Positions 57,872-64,000 of a stretch of 64,000 nt of DNA are shown one piece after another. Under the pieces are notes generated by a model. That model saw only the letters and a program-made list of their open reading frames with translations, was not told where the DNA came from and searched no databases. The position numbers and the translations under genes were made by a program. Location of the stretch: assembly GCA_050246755.1 (NCBI GenBank), contig JBFWVL010000004.1, positions 96,001-160,000 on the forward strand, written 5' to 3'. Position 1 is the first letter of the stretch; every line of letters starts with the position of its first letter. This DNA is from Bacteriovoracia bacterium. Lineage in GTDB: Bacteria; Bdellovibrionota; UBA1018; CAIPTA01.

Positions 57872-59437
57872 CTATTTCCTATAGGCGCGCAGGCCGAGGG
57901 CGAACGAAAAAATAAGACAAAGCAGCGCGAACCACTCACCTAAACGCGTGTAAAGGGTGGGGACGACGTTGGTGGGGACGGGCACTTCAATGACTTTCAC
58001 CGCTTCCTGGTAGGGCTCGCTCAGGAGCTGCACTTCGCCGGTGGCCGTCACCAGGCCGGAAAGGCCCGTATTCGTGGAGCGGATCATCGGGATATGGTGC
58101 TCGACCGAACGCAGGATCGAAAGCTGGAAATGCTGCCAGGGCTCGAAGGTATTGCCGAACCAGGAATCCTTGGTGAGGTTCACGAAGAGGCGGGCTCCTC
58201 GCTGCGCGTAGGGGCGCATGTAGGTGGGTAGGATGGCTTCGTAGCAAATATTTATTCCGATGGGGAGCACGCCCGCTTTCCAGGGAAAATCCGTGGGAAC
58301 GGCTCCCGGGCCGCGGCCGAAATCTCCCATCTGGGGATTTAGCTCCTTGATGCTCGGGAAATAATCGGTGAGGGGGATATACTCGCCAAATATCAATAAA
58401 ACTTGTTTTCGGTAGCCGGCGATCACGCCGCCGTCCGGGCCAAGGATGAGGGCGGAGTTGAAGTCGCGGGCGCCGTCGTTTTCGTAGGTGCCGAACAGCA
58501 AGGGGATTTTCAGCTCGGCGGTGGTATCTTTTACTAGGTTCGCATATCCATAAGCGCCACGGCTCTGGGCGGGAGAAGAAGGCGTGGGGAAGGCCATGGG
58601 GTAGGAAGTTTCCGGCCAGATAATGAGATCGGGTTTCTGGGGCGCAAGCGCCCGGTTATGCTCCAGCATTCTGCCGATCGTGAACGTGATGGCCTCTTTG
58701 GCGGTAGTACGCTCCGCCATCTTTTCCACTTCCTCGAGGTTCTGCTGCACGAGGCCCACGCGCAAAATTTCCGTGGGGCGCGCGTCGATTCTAGCTTTCT
58801 CATATTTTCCCCAAATGGAGAGGGCCGCGATGAGTGCGGCCGCGCAGGCCACCGAAGGTAGGGCACCGCGGCCGCACTTACGCCAGTAAGCGAGCGAAGC
58901 GCCGAGCCAGAGAGGCAGGAAGCTTAGGAGGCTCACTCCGCCGAGGCTGGCGGCCTGGGCGAGGGGAAGAAAGCGAATGAGCGTATTGCCGAGGCTTTCA
59001 GGAAAAATCTTCAGGAAACAGGCCAGAAATTCCAGGCCGGTATAGAGGGCTGCCCAAAATAAAGGGCGTAAAAATAGCGGCTGGCGCTCGATCCGGAAAC
59101 GCAGCAAATGGCCGAAGAAAAAAAATGCCACCAGCTGCGGAGCCGCCACCAAACAGAAAAGGCAGAGCAGGCCGAGGGCCAGCGGAAAAGAAAGGCCGCC
59201 GAAATACTGGGCCACATAAATGATCCAGTGAAAGCCGCCCCAGGCGATCATGGCGGATAATAGAAAGCCAAGGCGGATGGCTTGCTTTCGGCTTTCTAGC
59301 GCGTGCAGGGAAAAAATCAGTCCGGGCATGAACAATAAGGAGAGAGCCGGTACATCGTAGCGGGGGAAGCATAATACGTAGGCGATGCCTGCAAGTATTG
59401 CCCATAAGGTAGATCGGTGTGGTACGCTTATTTTCAT
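57872..59437 (-). CDS. lnt: Apolipoprotein N-acyltransferase
   Basis: WPETS, YRKQ.L..FGEY.P, ICYE, DSWFG, RSTNTG. Confidence 0.95.
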   Translation of the reverse strand: MKISVPHRSTLWAILAGIAYVLCFPRYDVPALSLLFMPGLIFSLHALESRKQAIRLGFLLSAMIAWGGFHWIIYVAQYFGGLSFPLALGLLCLFCLVAAPQLVAFFFFGHLLRFRIERQPLFLRPLFWAALYTGLEFLACFLKIFPESLGNTLIRFLPLAQAASLGGVSLLSFLPLWLGASLAYWRKCGRGALPSVACAAALIAALSIWGKYEKARIDARPTEILRVGLVQQNLEEVEKMAERTTAKEAITFTIGRMLEHNRALAPQKPDLIIWPETSYPMAFPTPSSPAQSRGAYGYANLVKDTTAELKIPLLFGTYENDGARDFNSALILGPDGGVIAGYRKQVLLIFGEYIPLTDYFPSIKELNPQMGDFGRGPGAVPTDFPWKAGVLPIGINICYEAILPTYMRPYAQRGARLFVNLTKDSWFGNTFEPWQHFQLSILRSVEHHIPMIRSTNTGLSGLVTATGEVQLLSEPYQEAVKVIEVPVPTNVVPTLYTRLGEWFALLCLIFSFALGLRAYRK

Positions 59438-60071
59438 GGAACTCCATGGTAGCCGTCTAGAAGGCCGTCGCCAAGAAATTCGCTGCTCCGATTGCGGGCA
59501 TACCTACCTTATCGCGGAGGGTCAGCTTAGTTCCCGCTGCACCCATTGCGGGAATATCTCCGCGCACGCAGTAAGCCCCGCGCCGGAAGCGGCCCTAGTT
59601 TTCCGCGAGACTATCGTTCCGGGCCAGAAAAGTCCTCTCGATGCTTTTCAAAAACTTCCCGACGGCCTCAAGGTGCAGGAGGTGCTCTCCCGTTATCAGA
59701 TCGAATGGCAGCTCTGGTCGGTACTGGTGAGAAATTTTTCCGATCCGGTCTACCATGCCGCTTATCTTTCGCAGGCGATAGCCGCGAGCGCGATTTCCGA
59801 AGCTTCCGAGCGTTACCGCATGCATCGCTCGGCCATGGTGCTGCTGCGGGACGATCATTGGCAGGCAGAAGTGGCGGATTTAATGCTCACGCGCCTGGAG
59901 CGTTTGTCCTTACTGAGAATGCAGCAGACCGAGCGCGTGAATTATCTGTATTTGCGATGGGCGGAATTGATGGCCGACCAGCCGCTTCGGGCCAAGCTGA
60001 TTCGCTTCGGCTGGTTCGTAGCCGGTATGTCTCTATTTTTGCGGCTGGTCCTACCGCTCTTTAACCGATAA
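59436..60071 (+). CDS. Zinc-ribbon protein with a C-terminal TM helix
   Basis: CSDC...CTHC; C-terminal hydrophobic helix. Confidence 0.65.
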   Translation: MELHGSRLEGRRQEIRCSDCGHTYLIAEGQLSSRCTHCGNISAHAVSPAPEAALVFRETIVPGQKSPLDAFQKLPDGLKVQEVLSRYQIEWQLWSVLVRNFSDPVYHAAYLSQAIAASAISEASERYRMHRSAMVLLRDDHWQAEVADLMLTRLERLSLLRMQQTERVNYLYLRWAELMADQPLRAKLIRFGWFVAGMSLFLRLVLPLFNR

Positions 60072-60084
60072 TTTTTTAAGGTAG

Positions 60085-60149
60085 GCGATCCGGTTAAGTC
60101 GGCCGTCCGGGCCGCTTCCCCAACGATTGGAAGGTCCCAACCGGATCGC
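60085..60149. other. Multi-branched RNA hairpin between convergent genes
   Basis: GCGATCCGGTT/AACCGGATCGC 11-bp closing stem with internal GGCC/GGCC and CTTCC/GGAAG hairpins. Confidence 0.55.
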
Positions 60150-60159
60150 TTTAGGAGAA

Positions 60160-61338
60160 CTAGTGGAAAGCCACGTCGCGGTGGATGGTGGTGCTTTCTT
60201 TCGTCTGGGGAGCGGCGGCCAGCTCTTGAGCTTTGTCTTCTTTATCCAAAGCCGCTAACACTTTGCTGTCTTTGCCGTCGCGCTTGGCGAGGGTCATGCG
60301 CAGGGCCGCGTAGGCGTTGATCCGGCCACCGGAAGCTACTTTCGCTTCGAGGTTCGCCAATTTATCGGTGGAGCTCATGATGATCTCACGCACTTCCGCG
60401 GGTTTCAGCGAAGGATTTTCGCTGAGAATTAAGGCGGCGAGACCGGATACGTAGGCAGTGGCTTGGCTGGTGCCGGTGAGGTAACCGTAGCGTCCTTTGG
60501 GCAACGTGGAATAAACGTTCTCGCCGGGCGCAGCCACGTGCACGTGTTTCTTACCCCAGTTCGAGCTGGGCAAGAGCTGGTTGCGGATATTGGTAGCCGC
60601 TACTGCGATGATATTCGTAAGGCCGTAAGCGGCAGGGTAGTAGGAATTTTTTGCGTCGTCGGTGTTCTGGTATTCGTTTCCGGCCGCGGCTACGAAAAGA
60701 ATTCCCTTCGCTTCGGCGCGTTGGATGGCTCTCATCTCGGCCGCGCTGAACTCAGCTCCGCCACCGGAGTAGTTGATAATGTTCGCGCCATTGTCCACGG
60801 CGTAGTTGATAGCTTTCACGGTATTGGCAAGGTTCTGGGCGCCGCTGGCGGTATCGGAATAGTAGCGAACGGCCATGATGCAGATATTAGGGGCCACACC
60901 GGAAGCGCCGGTATTGCCGCGTCCGGTGGCGCCGATGATGCCGGCCACGTGCGAGCCGTGGCCGTGCTTATCTTCGGGATTTTTCTTGTTGGTTACGAAG
61001 TCGAAACCGTATTCGTCGGTGCCGGGTTTGCGGCAGATATTGTCTTTGAGGTCGGGGTGGGTGGCGTCGATACCCGTGTCGATCACGGCCACGATAATCT
61101 TCTTATCGCCGCGGGAGATTTTCCAGGCTTTGCGGGCGTTGATATGGGAGGCCTGCTCTTTATTGTCGAGCCCCCAATTGCGGAGCAGGATCTCCGAAGG
61201 GTTCGTTTTTTCCAGCTTCAGGGCCGATGATACATTCTGAACCAAAGCAAATGCTTGGTCAGAGGTAACGCCAAACCCGAGGGTTAGGGCGAGACCGGTG
61301 GCTACGGAAAACTTTGCTACGGCGCGAAACTTCAACAT
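60160..61338 (-). CDS. Secreted S8 subtilase
   Basis: IDTGID, HGSHVAG, AAGNE, TGTSQAT. Confidence 0.94.
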   Translation of the reverse strand: MLKFRAVAKFSVATGLALTLGFGVTSDQAFALVQNVSSALKLEKTNPSEILLRNWGLDNKEQASHINARKAWKISRGDKKIIVAVIDTGIDATHPDLKDNICRKPGTDEYGFDFVTNKKNPEDKHGHGSHVAGIIGATGRGNTGASGVAPNICIMAVRYYSDTASGAQNLANTVKAINYAVDNGANIINYSGGGAEFSAAEMRAIQRAEAKGILFVAAAGNEYQNTDDAKNSYYPAAYGLTNIIAVAATNIRNQLLPSSNWGKKHVHVAAPGENVYSTLPKGRYGYLTGTSQATAYVSGLAALILSENPSLKPAEVREIIMSSTDKLANLEAKVASGGRINAYAALRMTLAKRDGKDSKVLAALDKEDKAQELAAAPQTKESTTIHRDVAFH

Positions 61339-61391
61339 CAACAACTCCAACAAATTTCGGTCCCAAGAGCGGGATGGGACGCGGGCTAAAG

Positions 61392-61407
61392 AGCAAGTGA
61401 TGTGCCA
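61392..61407 (-). promoter_or_regulatory. sigma54 promoter
   Basis: TGGCACATCACTTGCT, a consensus match. Confidence 0.8.
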
Positions 61408-61525
61408 CCTCGGAGGGGGTGCGTTATAATTGCCTGGATTAAATCAAGTATATGATTTTATTGATTATTTTTTAATTGCCGGAATTGGTGCGGGGGTGCA
61501 AGTAAGGAAAGGGCTGACGATCTTT

Positions 61526-61553
61526 TAAACATCCGACCACTGTCTACCGATAA
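61526..61553 (+). promoter_or_regulatory. sigma28 (FliA) promoter
   Basis: TAAA-N16-ACCGATAA, 6 nt before the ATG. Confidence 0.7.
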
Positions 61554-61559
61554 GTCACC

Positions 61560-62423
61560 ATGCTTATCTGCGCGTTCTTTTTACTCCTTTCGCCATTCGC
61601 CCAAGCCGGCGAACCGGCCTGGACCAGCTCGTGGCGGGGAATTCCGGAACTGCTCTCGGTGCTCGGATCGATTCCGGAAGGAAAGAAAATTTTAGCGCAG
61701 GCGAAAAAGAAAAATCCGGCCTTCCTTGAGCAGATGCATGCCGGCGAGGCTTCGTTTACCGAAAGCACTTTCGTGAGAACCTACTCGCTGCTCGACGGCA
61801 AAGAGAGAATCGAGCTGCGCCACGAAGTTACGCTGAGTAAAAAGCTGAATTTGGCGGAAGCCGTAGTGGACCTTGCGCACGAACTTATTCACTACACCGA
61901 CAAAGGAATGCTCGATCCCTACCGCCCGGGGTTTGCCCTCAAAGAATTCGTAAAAAATGGAATCGAAGGGCCGGGCGGGGAATTGGCGGCGTTGAAGGAA
62001 GAATGCAAAGTGGCTTGGGCGCTCGAGCGAGCCTACGCCACCTACCCAACGCATTTGCTGTGCTCCTCCTACCATAAAGGTGAATTTGGATTCGATATGG
62101 CGAAGGCCAAGAGGGACTACTACTCCCTGGGAGGCTGGTACCACAAAGTGGATCCGGAAATGCGTAAGGCGATGCCCGAGCTGACGCGGGCGAAGGTGCA
62201 ATTCAACTCGAGCTATGCGGGAAAGCCGTACCCGGTAGCGCTAGCGGAAGAATTTCAAGAAACAAGGAAAGCCGCCTGCGTGAACAACCGCCGGAAGTAT
62301 AGCTTGATCGCGGCCCAAGCCGATAGCGGTAGAAGCCCCGCGTCAGAAGACCTCGAGAATGAGCGAAGCCGGCTGAAGTGGTACGACCAAAACTTCTGCC
62401 GAGGCGAAGGCCCGAAAAAGTAG
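61560..62423 (+). CDS. Secreted HExxH metallopeptidase-like protein
   Basis: Signal peptide; LAHELIH with downstream Glu (GGELAA); 4 Cys. Confidence 0.65.
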   Translation: MLICAFFLLLSPFAQAGEPAWTSSWRGIPELLSVLGSIPEGKKILAQAKKKNPAFLEQMHAGEASFTESTFVRTYSLLDGKERIELRHEVTLSKKLNLAEAVVDLAHELIHYTDKGMLDPYRPGFALKEFVKNGIEGPGGELAALKEECKVAWALERAYATYPTHLLCSSYHKGEFGFDMAKAKRDYYSLGGWYHKVDPEMRKAMPELTRAKVQFNSSYAGKPYPVALAEEFQETRKAACVNNRRKYSLIAAQADSGRSPASEDLENERSRLKWYDQNFCRGEGPKK

Positions 62424-62505
62424 GTAGCGGTAACGGCTAACGCGACGCTTCTCCGTAATCGTGTATTGGCTGGGGGTGCTTGCTTCAAATTGAAATCAGT
62501 GGTTC

Positions 62506-62539
62506 TATAAATATGATAATTATAGTTATCATATTTATA
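62506..62539. other. Symmetric dif-like recombination site (14-6-14)
   Basis: TATAAATATGATAA-TTATAG-TTATCATATTTATA, a perfect inverted repeat ending 1 bp before the recombinase ATG. Confidence 0.75.
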
Positions 62540-62540
62540 T

Positions 62541-63632
62541 ATGCAGTTTTGGCATCAAATTCAGTCCTGGCTAGGGTCCCTTATCTCCAGATGGCGAGCC
62601 TCTAAGCAATCACCAAGAAGGGTAGTGCCCACCCTTCATCCCTTTGTTTCAGAAGAAGCATTTGATTCCGGGCTTCCCCAAGTTTTGGAACCAACACTTC
62701 AAGAGCCTTGGCTAAAGGGTGAGATTATCCAGGAAATGCAGCGATTCCTGCAGGGGCAACGTTCTCCCCATACCAAAAGGGCCTACGAAAACGATTTGAA
62801 GCAGTTCATCGGCTACTTGCGTGCAGCTAGTCAATCCGGGGAATCTTTCGATGCGTTATTGGCCTACCGAGACTGGTTGGTACTGGAAAAAAGCGTGGGC
62901 GGGCCGGAGCTCTCGCGTACTTCCGCGAATCGAAAGTTCGCCACGGTCCGGAGTTTTCTTACCTGGCTGCAGGCAAGGGGAAAGGTAAGCCAGAATCCTT
63001 CGCTTTGGATCAAAAACTACCGGGCCCAAACTGAATCTCCCACCCAAGCCTTTAGCGATGCCGAAGTAGCGCAGATGCTCGCGCTACCGAATCAGAAATC
63101 TTCCTCCGGCCTCATGCACGCCGTAATCCTGCATTTTCTTTTTTTCTTAGGATTACGCCGGGGGGAGATCGTGGCGCTGAAAGCCAGCCATTTGGGGTGG
63201 AGCCGAGCGGGAGAGCATACCGTGCTCACCGTGAGGGTTCCCGGAAAAGGCGATAAGGAAAGAATCCTGCCTTTGCCGCTTAAGATGCAGCCCATCCTCC
63301 TGCGTTACCTCGAGCGCAGGCAGTTGGCGGTTGGCGATGAGCAGTATCTGTTTTCCCCGGTGCGAAATAATATTACCGGCGTAAAGAGCAAATCCATCGA
63401 TGCACAGTCGATTTACTATATTGTGAAAAAATACGCCGAAGCGGCGGGGATCATGAGGCGGGTAAGCCCTCATTCTTGCCGGGCCACCGCGATCTCCAAT
63501 GCCCTCGACCACGCCGCTTCTCATCGATCGGTGCAGCAGATGGCCGGCTGGAGTTCGCCGCTTATGATTGCCCGCTACGACAAACGCCGTACCGACCTAC
63601 AGCACTCCGCGGTGCATCTGGTGGACTACTAG
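62541..63632 (+). CDS. Xer-like tyrosine recombinase
   Basis: SAM-like N domain (SPHTKRAYENDL); catalytic R (GLRRGE), K (GKGDK), HSCR, GW, RYD. Confidence 0.93.
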   Translation: MQFWHQIQSWLGSLISRWRASKQSPRRVVPTLHPFVSEEAFDSGLPQVLEPTLQEPWLKGEIIQEMQRFLQGQRSPHTKRAYENDLKQFIGYLRAASQSGESFDALLAYRDWLVLEKSVGGPELSRTSANRKFATVRSFLTWLQARGKVSQNPSLWIKNYRAQTESPTQAFSDAEVAQMLALPNQKSSSGLMHAVILHFLFFLGLRRGEIVALKASHLGWSRAGEHTVLTVRVPGKGDKERILPLPLKMQPILLRYLERRQLAVGDEQYLFSPVRNNITGVKSKSIDAQSIYYIVKKYAEAAGIMRRVSPHSCRATAISNALDHAASHRSVQQMAGWSSPLMIARYDKRRTDLQHSAVHLVDY

Positions 63633-63894
63633 GCCCGGTTCTAGGCGAGCTAGGAGCCTTGTAAAGGCGTGCTAAAACCCGGGATAAGGCCCATTGGGGC
63701 ATTGGGGGCGGAGAGGGACTTCGGCGCTCTTTGCCCGAATCAAGGGGTTGCGAGCCCCATTTATATTCGACTTAAAAAGGCCTTTTTAAGGGATTTGGGC
63801 CGGGAAATAAGCCAAAAACAGTCGAAGTTTTAGGCAGTTGTCAGTTTATGGGCGCGTTGTGCCTGGGGGCCGAGCATAGGATAATAGAACTAGG

Positions 63895-64000
63895 ATGAAT
63901 CTTATATTTTATAGCGGCGGCAATACTCGGGAAAATCGACCCCTCGCACGAGAGGTGGCCGCATCCCTTAGGGATAAACGTAATCCCGTGATTACTTTTG
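63895..64000 (+). CDS. Partial CDS, possibly peptidase S51 (PepE-like)
   Basis: MNLIFYSGGNTRENRPLAREVAASLRDKRNPVITF, open to the window end. Confidence 0.45.
   Translation, partial: MNLIFYSGGNTRENRPLAREVAASLRDKRNPVITF

Noticed and set aside
62506-62539. Palindrome as a terminator or protelomerase site
   Set aside because: The AT-rich stem lacks a GC core; the asymmetric 6-bp spacer and Xer-type catalytic motifs fit a recombination site better.
62541-64000. Recombinase as an integron integrase or prophage integrase
   Set aside because: No IntI-specific insertion recognised, no attC-like cassette array, and no phage genes or adjacent tRNA; sequence beyond the window is unseen.
1-64000. CRISPR arrays, rRNA genes, IS elements
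   Set aside because: No regularly spaced repeats, rRNA signatures or transposase ORFs were seen.

Overview
A 64 kb bacterial chromosomal segment. Gene content (Deltaproteobacteria-type T2SS with a PilM-like GspL, three secreted subtilases, Flp/Tad pilins, many small secreted orphans) suggests a Bdellovibrionota-like organism; this is inference. Left to right: (1) 1-13.8 kb, a co-oriented block (lipocalin-like protein, TPR cytochrome c, GP42/Pep-13-type transglutaminase, DUF1622/DUF2254, BON lipoprotein, kdpFABCDE) ending 17 bp from the 3' end of a minus-strand tRNA-Cys, possibly an island. (2) queE, tRNA-Met followed by a 19-bp duplication of its own 3' end, trxA, L31B, rhomboid, desaturase, bcp, subtilase, tilS. 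(3) A stand-alone Flp/Tad pilin cluster, SPOR protein, cupin-manC, subtilase. (4) infC (probable CTG start)-rpmI-rplT-pheST-ihfA-MerR. (5) A frameshifted GNAT gene and a secreted IucA/IucC-like protein. (6) A complete gspC-N T2SS operon. (7) HD-GYP, Hsp20-like, a Zn-finger tandem-repeat protein, tatA, RDD, lnt, subtilase and an HExxH protein. (8) A lone tyrosine recombinase immediately preceded by a perfect 14-6-14 dif-like palindrome, the strongest candidate for an undescribed system. Many sigma54 and sigma28 promoters and a shared TGTC-N9-GACA enhancer-like motif are visible. No CRISPR array, rRNA or IS transposase was seen. All calls come from reading motifs by eye; no database searches were run.
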